Virus record (IMG/VR): IMGVR_UViG_2579778842_000003
Reading direction: 5' to 3' (one strand)
Length of the DNA stretch: 64,000 bases
Source of the DNA: a virus
Taxonomy: Duplodnaviria; Heunggongvirae; Uroviricota; Caudoviricetes
Shown here one piece after another: positions 52,785 to 63,799 of this stretch. Below the pieces are notes generated by a model. The model worked only from the letters and a program-made list of their open reading frames with translations. It made no database searches and had not been told where the DNA came from. The position numbers and the translations under genes are program-made. Positions within the stretch are counted from its first letter, which is position 1, and each line of letters begins with the position of its first letter.

Positions 52785-53828
52785 TTATATAACGCTCGAC
52801 GAGTGACTTGTGATAGCGCCGACTCCAAGCGCGTAATCAAAGAACAATCGTTGATGCATCGCCAGCCTACCGTGCGTCTTCTCCCAATTATCGCGGTCAC
52901 GCTCAATATCACGCTGGCATGACTGGCACAGAGGAATTGCGTAAATGTCATGCGCGCATAATCGACTATGACGAACGATATAAGGCGTAATGTGAGCGCC
53001 AGCTCCCGCCGCTCCACACCCACAGCATGGACGGGAAGCAACAAAGTCCATGTACTCAGGTAATTTTAGCGATTGCAGTTTTGGTATTTTGAAATGCGCC
53101 ATGCCAGGGTCGGAGTCAACATCCACAGGGCATACTTTTGCACGCATCGGCGCGGCGCGTTCTTCCATCATCTGAACATATGCTGTAGCGCGATCGTCAT
53201 ACGGGCGAATATCCGCCTCTTTCAGAGGTCCGCTATCCTGCGTTGCGGCTTTCATCTTATTTATTGATATACGGCAAACTTCTTCCGGCATCAGGTGCAT
53301 CATGTTGCGCATGAAAGCCCACCAGCACAGTTCCTGAATACTTAGATCATGGCCATCTGAAAGCCCCATTTCCTGACGGGCGACATCCAGTATCCAGTTA
53401 ACGCGATTATTATGCAGCGTTTCTTTCAGCTCATTAAAACCACGCATCCGGTAATGGTTATCGTGATGCCAGCACAACAACACCGCGCTATTGTCTCGTT
53501 CTGCGTGGACAATATGGTTGTCACACCAGCTACGATCTGCGGCCTGGCATTGCCCCTCTTTCCTGCGCAACCACGCCACCAGCGCGTCAATTCCACCAAT
53601 ACGGCGAAACAGTTCATCGCTGTTAAAAAACGGCTGCAACGCCTCATTTGTTGCCATGGTTTGCTCGGTAACAACGAGGCCGTCTTCCATGTGCTCGATT
53701 AACTCGCGCGGCACCGGCTCCATAATAAATTTACGGCCAGCCTCCACCAGCTTTCTGACCTCCTGATCCACTTTGAACGTGGCGAGGCCAAGCTCTTTCT
53801 GTACAAAGGGAGTAATTACGGCTTTCAC
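52785..53828 (-). CDS. Post-doc protein (pdcB-like), Cys/His-rich
   Basis: 347 aa downstream of doc; CCGCG...H...C...H...CQSC cluster near the C-terminus. Confidence 0.5.
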   Translation of the reverse strand: MKAVITPFVQKELGLATFKVDQEVRKLVEAGRKFIMEPVPRELIEHMEDGLVVTEQTMATNEALQPFFNSDELFRRIGGIDALVAWLRRKEGQCQAADRSWCDNHIVHAERDNSAVLLCWHHDNHYRMRGFNELKETLHNNRVNWILDVARQEMGLSDGHDLSIQELCWWAFMRNMMHLMPEEVCRISINKMKAATQDSGPLKEADIRPYDDRATAYVQMMEERAAPMRAKVCPVDVDSDPGMAHFKIPKLQSLKLPEYMDFVASRPCCGCGAAGAGAHITPYIVRHSRLCAHDIYAIPLCQSCQRDIERDRDNWEKTHGRLAMHQRLFFDYALGVGAITSHSSSVI

Positions 53829-53855
53829 ATCACACCTTTCATCACTGATTGGGCT

Positions 53856-54056
53856 TTATCTGCTGCCCGGCATTCTCTGTTTAAGCGCAACCATTTCCTG
53901 ACGGCATAACACAGCAATAGCGGTCCTGACTCCAATTTGCTTACCAACCAGGTATTGCTTTACCTTGCGGCGACTCACGCCATCAAGAAGCATCTTTAAC
54001 GCTTCACGGGACAATTTGTTGTATTTGCGTGCCATTAATCTACTCCGCAGAACCAT
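53856..54056 (-). CDS. Small basic protein downstream of doc (pdcA-like)
   Basis: 66-aa ORF; overlaps the doc 3' end, so the true start may be internal. Confidence 0.35.
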   Translation of the reverse strand: MVLRSRLMARKYNKLSREALKMLLDGVSRRKVKQYLVGKQIGVRTAIAVLCRQEMVALKQRMPGSR

Positions 54057-54420
54057 ACAATCTACGTAACGTGTCGGCGACAGAAGATACAGATATCTCT
54101 CCGGTCGCAGCCCCTACGGTAAGGTCTGCCAGTTCAGGTGAATCAAATACCTGCACCCCGTTACGGCGTAGAAATAACAGCGCACTGTTTAGCGCGGTAC
54201 GCTTATTGGCATCATTGAATATATGCCCTCTCGCTGTAGCCACCAGGTAGGTGGCGGAGACTTCGAAAAGGTCGGTGATCTCTTCGTAGGCAACTCTGGC
54301 CTGAACTCTCCCGATAATGGCCTCTGCCCTACCAGGATCTGACATTCCCGGCAGGCCGCCGTAGCGGTTTATATTCGCATCATGAAGCGCAATAAGTTCT
54401 TCCGGTGATATATGCCTCAT
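54040..54420 (-). CDS. doc: Doc toxin (Fic-fold kinase)
   Basis: 126 aa, [25 protein letters not shown]...; start overlaps the phd stop. Confidence 0.92.
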   Translation of the reverse strand: MRHISPEELIALHDANINRYGGLPGMSDPGRAEAIIGRVQARVAYEEITDLFEVSATYLVATARGHIFNDANKRTALNSALLFLRRNGVQVFDSPELADLTVGAATGEISVSSVADTLRRLYGSAE

Positions 54421-54641
54421 TATCGGTTAACCAGTTCCTTGTTGGTGGAGTCCAGGGTGTCAAACAGGGATGCAAATTCAGCATCCAGCGCCGCTTTTTT
54501 GTAGGCTTCGAAAGTAGCCTTGCTGACAATTACTGCTGGCTCACGGCCTCTGCGGGTGATTTCAACCTCTTCCCCGGCTTCAACATTGTTGAGCACTTCA
54601 GAAAGGTTGCCGCGCGCGGTACGGAAGTTAATGGATTGCAT
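54420..54641 (-). CDS. phd: Phd antitoxin
   Basis: 73 aa from [32 protein letters not shown]... Confidence 0.92.
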   Translation of the reverse strand: MQSINFRTARGNLSEVLNNVEAGEEVEITRRGREPAVIVSKATFEAYKKAALDAEFASLFDTLDSTNKELVNR

Positions 54642-54713
54642 AAACACCTCGTGTACTCGTTATGTGTACACAATTATAAACTTCACAGGCATAAAGCACC
54701 AGCACTTTGCAGC

Positions 54714-55103
54714 TTAAATGACCGGACAATCATCAAACTCTCCACTCCGGGCATCATTGATGACATGAGTGATCACACCAAAAACAGCATTACTACCCGT
54801 GTAACCATCGTCATCTACTGGTAACGCCTCTTTCTTCCCGGTGCTTAAATCCTCCAGGTGCTGGCGCGGATACTTCCTGTATCTCTTTATGCGATATTCA
54901 CCCTCCATAGCGCACACAAGCAGAGAACCATCAACCGGAGTAAGCGAGGAATCAACCACCAGCAAAGCACCCTGCAATATTCCCTCACGGTGATGGCTAT
55001 CAGTTGCCCGCATGAAGTAGGTTGCTGATGGATGCCTGATTAGTTGCTGATCAAGAGAAATTCGGCTTTCAACATAATCCGCCGCAGGAGAAGGGAAGCC
55101 CAT
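54714..55103 (-). CDS. humD: HumD (UmuD' homolog)
   Basis: 129 aa; S24 peptidase-like; LexA box immediately upstream. Confidence 0.8.
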   Translation of the reverse strand: MGFPSPAADYVESRISLDQQLIRHPSATYFMRATDSHHREGILQGALLVVDSSLTPVDGSLLVCAMEGEYRIKRYRKYPRQHLEDLSTGKKEALPVDDDGYTGSNAVFGVITHVINDARSGEFDDCPVI

Positions 55104-55122
55104 AGCGTTTTCACCTCAATAA

Positions 55123-55142
55123 TACTGTTCATTTATACAGTA
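55123..55142. promoter_or_regulatory. LexA (SOS) box
   Basis: tactgttcatttatacagta, perfect CTGT-N8-ACAG palindrome 20 bp upstream of humD. Confidence 0.75.
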
Positions 55143-55550
55143 TACATTAAAGAGACACCTTTGGTGCAAACGCGTTACGTACATCAACCACCGCTGATGA
55201 TTTTGTGCTCTTTGCTACTATTCATCACCAACGGATCAGCGTAACCTCGTTGCCAATCAGTTAATAAGGAGATGCCGCAGCGACCGGATCATCAACAAGA
55301 AATTGTTGCTGAATTTTCCTCAAGGGATGAGATGAATCTCTTCTCATTAAAGCAGGAAGAAAGGGATCGCGTCGAAGTGTCTCCAACTCTCGACCACAAC
55401 CGGATGAACCTGGCCCAACTCGCCTAGTACAGCAAAGAATTAGAGATGTCTATTGCCCGACTTGAAAACGAAAAAGCCGCTATCCAAGTCCAGCACGAAG
55501 TAGTTCTGAACCGGATTAGAGAAATGCAAAACGATAACAGGGGATTTTGA

Positions 55551-55907
55551 ATGGCTAAAGTCGAGTACCATCGCGATCGCGGTAATTACCTGGAAATATA
55601 CGATCATGAATCTCTTAACGATATCAACGATGCGTTATATGAATACTGTGAAAAAACGAGCATCACAGATGCACCTGATGCATTTGTCGAGCTGCCGGTA
55701 TATCTCCGCGACATCTATGCAATACGAACACCGCCCGTATCGGTGATTCACATTGGCTATGTCCGCCTGTCCATCGAAGAAGATGAAGATCGTTATATCG
55801 TGCGCCACTATACATTGGACAGAAAAGAACTTCCTAATGAATGGAACATGAGTAATTTCTACAACGGTGAATATGGCTTAAAATCCGCTAATAATTTACG
55901 GTCATAA
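55551..55907 (+). CDS. Hypothetical protein (lxr/hot neighbourhood)
   Basis: 118-aa ORF divergent from humD. Confidence 0.45.
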   Translation: MAKVEYHRDRGNYLEIYDHESLNDINDALYEYCEKTSITDAPDAFVELPVYLRDIYAIRTPPVSVIHIGYVRLSIEEDEDRYIVRHYTLDRKELPNEWNMSNFYNGEYGLKSANNLRS

Positions 55908-56982
55908 TCTATACAGGCATGTATAACAACAACGAGCCTATTAGCTGTCAACAACATTATTTTCTCAAATAAGAAAAAGCAGAAAACAAATTGTTTAAGA
56001 TCACAAATTGTGGCCTTGATGGAGGAGGGAGGCTTATTGGCTATGGCTAAAAATCAAATTAGACACTTCATGTTGCTGTAGCTCATCAAGATCCGAGGCC
56101 ACAAAACCTTTTCCGAAAAACTTCACAAGTAACTCACTAGCTGCATCATTGTCACCTATTACACGAAAGTCATACGGCAACGTCGCAAGTTGACGATGTA
56201 ATCCTGCTGAGAAAGTCGAATCTAACAGCGCCCAGAATTCCCACCGCAGGATAATACTCGCCTCTTAATACTGTATATATGTTGTTACGATATGTTTTTC
56301 TGTCTCTAAAAAAAGATGTTAATAGAATGCTAACCATTGAAGGGGATAAAAATATACAATTCCAACAAACGTTATTTTTAACAATTTTTTTCTTTGCGTT
56401 GACTTTCCCTGACACCTTGTCTGACCGAAGGTGCGCGAAAGCCACTTTTTCCTTCCTGAGTTATCCACAAAGTTATGCACTTGCAAGAGGGCCATTTTCT
56501 ACATATTGTGGTGGCTAACAGATGAAATGAATGTAGATTAATTGAAGATAAGGAGAAAATTTGAGATGCAATCATGACGTTAATAGATAGGGTCTGCATT
56601 ACAGACCCCACCCGCATCAAGGAATTAGCCGTTCCCTGATGTTTTTCCGAAAACATGTGCCGTAAGCTCACGTTAACGACTTTCATTCACCGAATCCAAC
56701 TATATAGGGGTTGGGTTTCTACGTCAACGTGAGCAAGTGCACCTTTACATTTGACAAGGAACCACCTGAATGAACGCTTTTTTTCAGTTCCTGAGTGCAT
56801 TTTTAGATGCGCCTGTTATTAGCCAGATTCTGGCTATTATCCTCATCATCGTTTTGATTTTGCTTTTAAGGTCAGTAAAAAATGGAATTATGCACTGGCT
56901 TACTTAATGTTTCAGTGAAACATTAAAATATCCTTGATGAGGAAACAATCATTTTCTGTATGTGCTGGTGGGCACCTGTAGT

Positions 56983-57345
56983 TCAGCTTTCGTTGGCATT
57001 TAACTTCGTCTTTGCTTTCTCCACCAGCAACTTCCAGATGCCTATTTCATTAGCAGCCGCCTTGATGGCGGCATAAAAAGCATCTTGCTGATCGTAACGC
57101 TGGATCTGTTTTTTCAGTTTTGCCTCCACCAATTTAATTTCATTACGTGCTTTCTGAATCCGCATCACCGCCCGGTTACGTCTGTTCTTGTATAGCGTGT
57201 TAATCTCTGACAATTGCTTTAATTTACCAGCCTGACTGCGGATTATCGCCTCCCTGGCTTCTGCCGTGCGTCTCATCTGATCTCTTAAGAGTTCACCGTT
57301 TTCGATAATTCTTTCAAGGTGTTTGATGTGATCTGCAACTCTCAT
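56983..57345 (-). CDS. Coiled-coil protein
   Basis: 120 aa; overlapping start with the upstream gene. Confidence 0.5.
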   Translation of the reverse strand: MRVADHIKHLERIIENGELLRDQMRRTAEAREAIIRSQAGKLKQLSEINTLYKNRRNRAVMRIQKARNEIKLVEAKLKKQIQRYDQQDAFYAAIKAAANEIGIWKLLVEKAKTKLNANES

Positions 57346-58016
57346 ACTTCACCCTCGCTTGTATCACCAGCGTCCACCAACGACAATAAAGCCCTGGCCA
57401 TCTTATGAACCAACAGTGCATCAATAATGCCAAGCGTATGCCCCGGCTTAATGTTTAATGCTGCCTCAAGATGACACCTTTCCAGACCGCTTTTCTCGGC
57501 TTGTTTATGATGATATGGCGTAATAACGTCGCCCAAAACACGGCTAATTCTTTCTCGTAATTGCTGGGTGCCAGCACACTTGATCGCTGTATCGTGGAGA
57601 CGGTTAACCAGTTCGCGATAAACATGCGGTTTAATGCGGATACGTTCACCGGTGACGCCCTTTCCTGGCCCTGGCACCGAACTATCCGGAATATCCGGAT
57701 AGTTGCCAGCCTCGTAAGCTACCCGCAGCCAGTGCATGAATGTTTCAGTAGACACACAACCACAGTCCACATCGATTTTTCCGCGTTGCTGTTCCAGCCA
57801 CTGCTCAAAATTCAATCTACACGTATTACTTTCATGTTGCTCTTTTTGTCTTAAGGCCAGCACCTGTTGGGCCAGTTCCAGAACGATACCGGGTGACGCT
57901 AACCTCTCAAATTCCAATAAATAGTTTGCGTCAGGATGACAAGTAGCCTCGCCTGCAAAAAATACCAATTGCTGTAAGTATGCTGTCGTTAGAGTAGTCA
58001 TTTCTTTTTGCGCCAT
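57342..58016 (-). CDS. Hypothetical protein
   Basis: 224 aa; operon context. Confidence 0.55.
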   Translation of the reverse strand: MAQKEMTTLTTAYLQQLVFFAGEATCHPDANYLLEFERLASPGIVLELAQQVLALRQKEQHESNTCRLNFEQWLEQQRGKIDVDCGCVSTETFMHWLRVAYEAGNYPDIPDSSVPGPGKGVTGERIRIKPHVYRELVNRLHDTAIKCAGTQQLRERISRVLGDVITPYHHKQAEKSGLERCHLEAALNIKPGHTLGIIDALLVHKMARALLSLVDAGDTSEGEV

Positions 58017-58372
58017 TTCTTTTCACATTCCTTAGTCCATTTTTCAATGTTCATTTTGGCAATATCAGTCATTCCATCACCTAAGAAATACTTTTTCCGG
58101 TACGTCTTGCACTTAAACCACACTACAACAGCCACCAGCCAGAAAATAAAAGGCCATACAGCAATACCAACGACAGCCGCGATAAAGCCCAATAGCCATA
58201 AATGAAGCTCTCCAACTTCTGTTTCCGGCAATATTCTTAAAGAATTAAACAGCAGGCTGAACGAATGGTCGTATGCATTGGCAGTATAAGACATGCAATC
58301 CATATAATTAAAGTCATAGCCTGCGGCTGCCGCCCATAATGGGCGGTCAAGAAAATGTTTTAGTGTCATCAT
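57998..58372 (-). CDS. Membrane protein
   Basis: 124 aa; TM helix (LWLLGFIAAVVGIAVWPFIFWLVAVVVWF) and Lys-rich tail. Confidence 0.5.
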   Translation of the reverse strand: MMTLKHFLDRPLWAAAAGYDFNYMDCMSYTANAYDHSFSLLFNSLRILPETEVGELHLWLLGFIAAVVGIAVWPFIFWLVAVVVWFKCKTYRKKYFLGDGMTDIAKMNIEKWTKECEKKWRKKK

Positions 58373-58378
58373 ATAAAT

Positions 58379-58672
58379 TTAAGGTTCAGACCAGTTATCT
58401 TCAATAGCAATGCTTAATCTTTGTAGCCATTCTGCTAATTTCAGCATTGCTTCTCTTTCGCTTAAACCACGAGGAAAATCATCAAGCGAAATTGTTGGCT
58501 TGAATCCCCCGCAATTATCCATTTCAACTGTCAGATTTTGTTCCAGCACGGTATTTCTTACGCGGCTATTGTGCCGGAGCAAATATACTGAGCATGATTT
58601 ATTGGTTTTGTGGTCTAGCTTATATTCGGTAAGTATCATCTGGCTTTTGCCATGATTATTACCTCTCCACAT
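58379..58672 (-). CDS. Hypothetical protein
   Basis: Start taken at MWRGNNHG after a GAGG RBS; track ORF extends to 58768. Confidence 0.4.
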   Translation of the reverse strand: MWRGNNHGKSQMILTEYKLDHKTNKSCSVYLLRHNSRVRNTVLEQNLTVEMDNCGGFKPTISLDDFPRGLSEREAMLKLAEWLQRLSIAIEDNWSEP

Positions 58673-58850
58673 ACTTACCTCACTTAATAAAACAACTCCA
58701 TGCGTAGTTGATGATTTTTTCCCACGTAATATAAATCTGCACTCCGGCAGTAAAACCAAAGCCAACAATTGCTGAAAAAATCAAAACATTTACTTTTGAC
58801 ATTATAAACTTTCTCTCGGTGTCGTAGGTGATAGCACCATAATTGATAAT

Positions 58851-59084
58851 TTAGTGAGTTAGCAGTTCCATTTTTTTGATGATTTCCGCATGAGCATCAT
58901 CGTTATCAACACTTAGCTCGTTTAATGCTTCTCGCACTACATCAACTTCTTCAGGCTGAAAGAAGTCGTCGCGGTAATCACCAAATAGAACCGAAACCAG
59001 CCTGCTACCAGCAACATCAAGATTGGCGCTAACAGGTGGCTCTTTGCCATCCTCAAATTCGACTACAAAAGTTAATTTTCCCAT
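58851..59084 (-). CDS. Small acidic protein
   Basis: 77 aa. Confidence 0.45.
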   Translation of the reverse strand: MGKLTFVVEFEDGKEPPVSANLDVAGSRLVSVLFGDYRDDFFQPEEVDVVREALNELSVDNDDAHAEIIKKMELLTH

Positions 59085-59160
59085 CGTTACCCCCAGAAGA
59101 TAAAAATAGCGGCAATCGCCATAGCTACGCCTACAATCGCAAATGCTTCAGGCCAGCTTA

Positions 59161-59421
59161 TTACCTCACCTCCAGTCTCCATACCGCCTGACCAATCCGG
59201 CTGGCATGGGTATCTTTGGATACTGTTCCATCTTTAGCCAGCTCCATAAGAATTTTGCGCAAATCTGCCGAACGCCATTCTTCATCAGGAAATTCCTTCT
59301 CCATTGCCAACCGCAGATTCCAGGTTGCTATCGTGAATGGATATTCCCCGCCGAGAGCTTTCTCTTGCAGGGCAGCACGGGAACGTATCACCTGCAAAAC
59401 CTTCTCTTTTACATCCATCAT
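59161..59421 (-). CDS. Hypothetical protein
   Basis: 86 aa from MMDVKEKVL; ATG overlaps the upstream stop (ATGA). Confidence 0.45.
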   Translation of the reverse strand: MMDVKEKVLQVIRSRAALQEKALGGEYPFTIATWNLRLAMEKEFPDEEWRSADLRKILMELAKDGTVSKDTHASRIGQAVWRLEVR

Positions 59422-60605
59422 TTTGCCTCCTGCGGCGGTTCTGGTAGCGGCATCCAGTGTGATGGTATCCACGACGCACCAGGTATTACCCACCCATCAT
59501 TAGCGTCAGGATGCCCCGGGATGTAAGTCGCCCATTTCATTCGCCAGTCACCTTTCCTGTCAAACTCCCTGGCAACAAGAACGGCTGTTTTGGTATCCGG
59601 CATTCGCTCACTACAGCTTATCCAACTATCCGGAATTACCGGAAAGTTGCGCATTGCGACCTTTAATGCCTCATAGAAGCACTCTTTCAAATTGTTGAAC
59701 TGACACCCATTTAGAGGACCGTGTTCAGTCAGCATGTTGTGTAATTTCCATGCCGCGTCGTTTACTGCGTTGGATGACATGGGAGGCAACTTGTAAGCCT
59801 GGCTTACAGGCTCGGAACCATGAAGAATGGCGGCGCGGCAGGCATCCTCTACGCCCTTAACTGCATCTGCGCAGTAGTTATAGCGATTGCATTCCACTAA
59901 CTTCTGCTTGAGATTTTCAATTGCTTGTGCGACATCAGCCTGTATTGGTGGAACGGCTGTCTGCTGCTCTCGAACGTCATTAGTCGCTATCGGTTCTGCT
60001 GCCAACTGACTGGCATATTTGTTAATGGTAACGATAAGCTCTTGCTCAGCCTCATCCAGACAATCACCGATACCTCGTCTGTCGCCGTCAAAATCATCGA
60101 AATCAGCACGAACTCTGGCAAACTTCAGGATTGCGGACAACACCTCACCAGGAATTACCGGAGAGTTGGTTGACGTTTCCGCAATTTCCCGAAAATTATT
60201 GGTTGACGCATTCGCGTTTTTCCGAAAGTTTCCGGCATGAAGCATAGCCGCGCGGCAGGCGTTCCAGCCTCTCACCTCTGCAATAGCGGCAACAGCATCG
60301 ACCGCGTACATGCTAAGAGGGTTAGGCATTGGTTTTTCTTCCGGTACTACTGGCGCTGGAGGGGCAGTGTAAAGCTGGTGCGTTCCATCAGGTAGCGAGT
60401 GACCCACATACTCACCGACCCCGTCAATACACATGCCCCCATCTTCAACAATGCATTCCGCTACAGGCTCTGCTTCCAGTGATGCCAGCGCAATCCGTGC
60501 CAGCTCTTCCGCTTCTTCTGCTGGCAGTACAACGTTGCTACCAGGTCCGTATGTTTCGCGCCACTCCTTGATTGTCAGCAGTCGCTCTTTGGTAATAGTG
60601 ATCAT
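59418..60605 (-). CDS. DUF551-like phage protein
   Basis: 395 aa; C-terminal Trp-rich motif ending WMPLPEPP. Confidence 0.55.
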   Translation of the reverse strand: MITITKERLLTIKEWRETYGPGSNVVLPAEEAEELARIALASLEAEPVAECIVEDGGMCIDGVGEYVGHSLPDGTHQLYTAPPAPVVPEEKPMPNPLSMYAVDAVAAIAEVRGWNACRAAMLHAGNFRKNANASTNNFREIAETSTNSPVIPGEVLSAILKFARVRADFDDFDGDRRGIGDCLDEAEQELIVTINKYASQLAAEPIATNDVREQQTAVPPIQADVAQAIENLKQKLVECNRYNYCADAVKGVEDACRAAILHGSEPVSQAYKLPPMSSNAVNDAAWKLHNMLTEHGPLNGCQFNNLKECFYEALKVAMRNFPVIPDSWISCSERMPDTKTAVLVAREFDRKGDWRMKWATYIPGHPDANDGWVIPGASWIPSHWMPLPEPPQEAK

Positions 60606-61117
60606 GCCGCGTTTCCTTCTTTCTTATTAACAATTACACCGTCATATATTTCATTAAGGTGCCCTCTCAACTCCATGCGCCTTAATGCAGATAACATGTA
60701 ATCGCATTCAACCTGCTTATTCCCAATAAAAGGTTTATCTTCAGGGTTACCCCAACAGCAATTCCCCTTGGGCCATCCATGTACTTTCCGTACTCTTCCG
60801 TTAACAACGTGAAGTAATCCCCAGCCAGGAGGTAAATCCTCAATTGAAATAATTCCCGGCTCACTAATAAAGAATCGCCAGTCGCCCATGCCAAGTGAGG
60901 GATTTTTACGGAAACGCTTTTTTCTATCTGCCAACAAATCAGCACGAGAACACTTCGCCTCTATCAGGCATGATGCTGAATTTCTGAATCCCATAGCATC
61001 TGGCTGTTCTCCGGTACTGGTTACAGCTATAAAGCGGTCATGAAAACAAACCTTGAACCCGTTGCGCTTAAGGAACTTGTACGCAATCTGACAGAGTTCG
61101 CGGTGTGTTAACGCCAT
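60602..61117 (-). CDS. Putative PD-(D/E)xK-family nuclease
   Basis: Start at MALTHRELCQ; motifs ...QPDAMGF...CLIEAKCSRADL (D...E-x-K). Confidence 0.45.
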   Translation of the reverse strand: MALTHRELCQIAYKFLKRNGFKVCFHDRFIAVTSTGEQPDAMGFRNSASCLIEAKCSRADLLADRKKRFRKNPSLGMGDWRFFISEPGIISIEDLPPGWGLLHVVNGRVRKVHGWPKGNCCWGNPEDKPFIGNKQVECDYMLSALRRMELRGHLNEIYDGVIVNKKEGNAA

Positions 61118-61118
61118 A

Positions 61119-61751
61119 TCACTCTCCTTTGATGCGAATGCCAGCGGCGCGTGGCACATTAACTTCCACGATGCGCACAGTTGGTTTGTACATCTCAATC
61201 GCAGTCAGCCAGTCAGCGCCAGTCATGCGCTTTTCTGCATCGCCATTAGTCCACTTAACCGGTACACCAATAGCCTTCATCGCGATTTCTATTTCCCCGG
61301 CAATGGCGCTTTTTCCGCAACCAGTAAAACCAGATACAACGACCAGAACTTCACCTTTGGCTGGTTTTATTTCCCGCGCTTCCAGTTCTGCTATGCGCTT
61401 ACTTCCATCCGAGATAACACCTTCGTAATACTCACGCTGCTCGTTGAGTTTTGATTTTGCTTCCTCAAGCTCAACTCTCAGCTTCCCTACCGTTAGCGCA
61501 ATATCCTCGTTCTCCTGGTCACGGCGTTTGATGTATTGCTGGTTTCTTTCCCGTTCATCCAGTAGTGCCAGCACGGTTTCTGGTCCGGCCAGAAATTTGA
61601 AGGCGTTGAGCGCATCAATATCCACACCGTAATCTTTAAGTTCCTGTTCACTTAACAAATCATCATCAGCTGGCAACATTAACAGGCGTTCCATTGCTGG
61701 AATTGCACGTTCCGCCGCCTCACGCAGTGCCTGATAGTCAATCTTGCTCAC
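61119..61751 (-). CDS. P-loop NTPase with N-terminal coiled-coil
   Basis: GTG start after an AAGGAGG RBS; Walker A GFTGCGKS. Confidence 0.5.
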   Translation of the reverse strand: MSKIDYQALREAAERAIPAMERLLMLPADDDLLSEQELKDYGVDIDALNAFKFLAGPETVLALLDERERNQQYIKRRDQENEDIALTVGKLRVELEEAKSKLNEQREYYEGVISDGSKRIAELEAREIKPAKGEVLVVVSGFTGCGKSAIAGEIEIAMKAIGVPVKWTNGDAEKRMTGADWLTAIEMYKPTVRIVEVNVPRAAGIRIKGE

Positions 61752-61987
61752 TGGTTGCCTCCTTGGCGGAGTTGCGCTGCGATGCATGAAAAAAAAGACT
61801 CCCGAGTGTGACAGTTAAGAGCTGGTGCGAACGCCGCGTTAAGAACGGCGGCATCACAGCCGTCATCAATATAGAGCGCAATTTTTTTCTCCAGGCGCGC
61901 TTTGGCTTCCTGCAACTGCATACCCCGGCACGCACGCGGGATATAATCAGCAATTTGAGCGATAGCTTTTTCGTTCTGTTTAAACAT
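61748..61987 (-). CDS. Small hypothetical protein
   Basis: 79 aa; ATG overlaps the upstream stop (ATGTTTAA). Confidence 0.45.
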   Translation of the reverse strand: MFKQNEKAIAQIADYIPRACRGMQLQEAKARLEKKIALYIDDGCDAAVLNAAFAPALNCHTRESFFSCIAAQLRQGGNQ

Positions 61988-62183
61988 GCTTCACCTCGAT
62001 AGGCTTGATGGTGTCTAACAGCAGTCGGCGGCGCGTATTTTCTGCAAAATGGCGGCGCCCAGTTTCTTTGTGGTAAAACTCGTTTTTGCCGACGACCCAC
62101 ATCCGCTCTGTTTGGTGCAGTTTTTTTACCTTCGGGCCATCTTTGGTGATCACGGTACCGGTATGGGTTTTTACGATTGTCAT
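61980..62183 (-). CDS. Small hypothetical protein
   Basis: 67 aa; overlaps neighbours on both sides. Confidence 0.45.
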   Translation of the reverse strand: MTIVKTHTGTVITKDGPKVKKLHQTERMWVVGKNEFYHKETGRRHFAENTRRRLLLDTIKPIEVKHV

Positions 62184-63058
62184 TCCACTACCTCTTCGAA
62201 TTTCAACTCCAATTGGTCACCCCAGATTTCACATGATTCGGAACACGAACCAGTATCAAACCGCTTGGCCAGCACCATCGCCTGATACAAATTTCTGTAG
62301 TCACTGTCGGCATACATTCTGGCAATCCCGTCAAGCGTCAGGTGGCCACGGTACATAACGTCTTTACCTGTTCTGCGCTGACCATCCCTGACGTGTTTGC
62401 CTGTAACCAGTTCATTAAAAACCCGCATCAGACCTGGTTCGTCTTTACATGCAAGCCCCAGCTTTTGCGTTGACTTTTTGATGCAAAAAACACAGTTCCC
62501 GAGGTGCTCCGGGATTTGCAAATCAAAAGGTTGTTTTCGCCACCACCGGATAACATCCGACTTATCAAAATCTGACAGTTCGGCAAGATACCGGACGCCC
62601 GGTTTCGGTTTCAGCCTACGGGGTTCGTCCGCACGAATACCGAGCCATGTGATGTAATTCCCTCGCCCAAAATGATCATCGCAATATTTCGTGAAAGGGG
62701 TGAGTTTTAGCCTGTCGGTACAGAACGCGCCGCCGATGTATGGCGTACCGTACTTTTTAACCATGTCCATAAACGGTTTAAGCACCGGCATTCGCGTCTG
62801 AATATCCTTTGGTTCCCATTCCGTATAACCATTTGGCTGCCCAAGTTCTGGATTTATATCGACCTGCAACACCGTTAGCGGTACGTTCCAGAACTTCACA
62901 ACCTCACGAATAAAGCGATACGTCAGAGGATGTTCACAGCCGGTATCCATAAAAATGAAATGGACGCTAGCGCCAGCTTTTCGCTGTGCTTCCATCAGAT
63001 GAACGAGATAAGCCGATGTTCGTCCACCTGAAAAGCTGACAACTTGATGCATACTCAC
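62180..63058 (-). CDS. pap: PAPS-reductase-like PP-loop ATP pyrophosphatase
   Basis: 292 aa; PP-loop motif SFSGGRTS near the N-terminus; Cys-rich C-terminus. Symbol from recalled P1 nomenclature, not verified. Confidence 0.65.
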   Translation of the reverse strand: MSMHQVVSFSGGRTSAYLVHLMEAQRKAGASVHFIFMDTGCEHPLTYRFIREVVKFWNVPLTVLQVDINPELGQPNGYTEWEPKDIQTRMPVLKPFMDMVKKYGTPYIGGAFCTDRLKLTPFTKYCDDHFGRGNYITWLGIRADEPRRLKPKPGVRYLAELSDFDKSDVIRWWRKQPFDLQIPEHLGNCVFCIKKSTQKLGLACKDEPGLMRVFNELVTGKHVRDGQRRTGKDVMYRGHLTLDGIARMYADSDYRNLYQAMVLAKRFDTGSCSESCEIWGDQLELKFEEVVE

Positions 63059-63061
63059 GGT

Positions 63062-63790
63062 TTATTCCTGAATGCGCTTAAACTCGATTACCCACACCCA
63101 GGGATTAGCGTTCCAGCTTTCTTCACCATAGATGGATTCCCACAGGCGCTGGAACGCAACCTTGGCCATTGCGAAATCCCCCTTGGGAGTAAGGAATGTT
63201 CCCGGGTGATCAGGAAGCAAACTTCCAGCAGGCGGAACGCCCTCATCCCTTGCATCGCATTCGCTGATATCGTTCAACCGCTCAACGCGCACGTTGGTAA
63301 TTTCCAACAGGATGCGTGATGCCCATCGCGGCATGTGAATTGATGGACGCCACCCACCATCAAACTTTTCATTCACTGTGTGAGGTTTCCAGTCGGCATC
63401 ATCTGGTATCGACCATAAACCGTAATCACCAGGCTTTTGCTCACAACTGGCCCGATAAATCCTTGCTGCGTTCTTCTCATCGCCACGACAAAGGTTGTCG
63501 TTCCAGTCCACACTGCAACCATCTTCATTGCCTAATATCGCCCATGTTTCACGAACCCAAATTCGATCGCCGACGATACCAAAGGGGCAATTGAAAACAC
63601 TGCTTACACCATCAGCCCCGTACCACTGAAAACCTGCACCAATTTTTCTAACCATCACTGGTGCTTCTGGACCAACTTCCGCAGGCTGATTTTTCATTAT
63701 CCGCCGCGTCTGCGTTTTCCTTCCTTCGAGGATGGCCCGGACCATCTCATCGTTGAAAATCATGCCGCGCTCTTTCACTTCGCCTTTCAT
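63062..63790 (-). CDS. Hypothetical phage protein
   Basis: 242 aa; first large gene of the C1-controlled operon. Confidence 0.55.
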   Translation of the reverse strand: MKGEVKERGMIFNDEMVRAILEGRKTQTRRIMKNQPAEVGPEAPVMVRKIGAGFQWYGADGVSSVFNCPFGIVGDRIWVRETWAILGNEDGCSVDWNDNLCRGDEKNAARIYRASCEQKPGDYGLWSIPDDADWKPHTVNEKFDGGWRPSIHMPRWASRILLEITNVRVERLNDISECDARDEGVPPAGSLLPDHPGTFLTPKGDFAMAKVAFQRLWESIYGEESWNANPWVWVIEFKRIQE

Positions 63791-63799
63791 GCATCCCCC

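Noticed and set aside
56170-56445. 91-aa minus-strand ORF from the six-frame track
   Set aside because: AT-rich, homopolymer-laden, implausible composition, no RBS; treated as non-coding.
59161-59421. Considered calling this small ORF Hot (theta-subunit homolog) from its position near humD/lxr
   Set aside because: The translated sequence shows no recognisable similarity to the HolE/theta sequence as I recall it; left as hypothetical.
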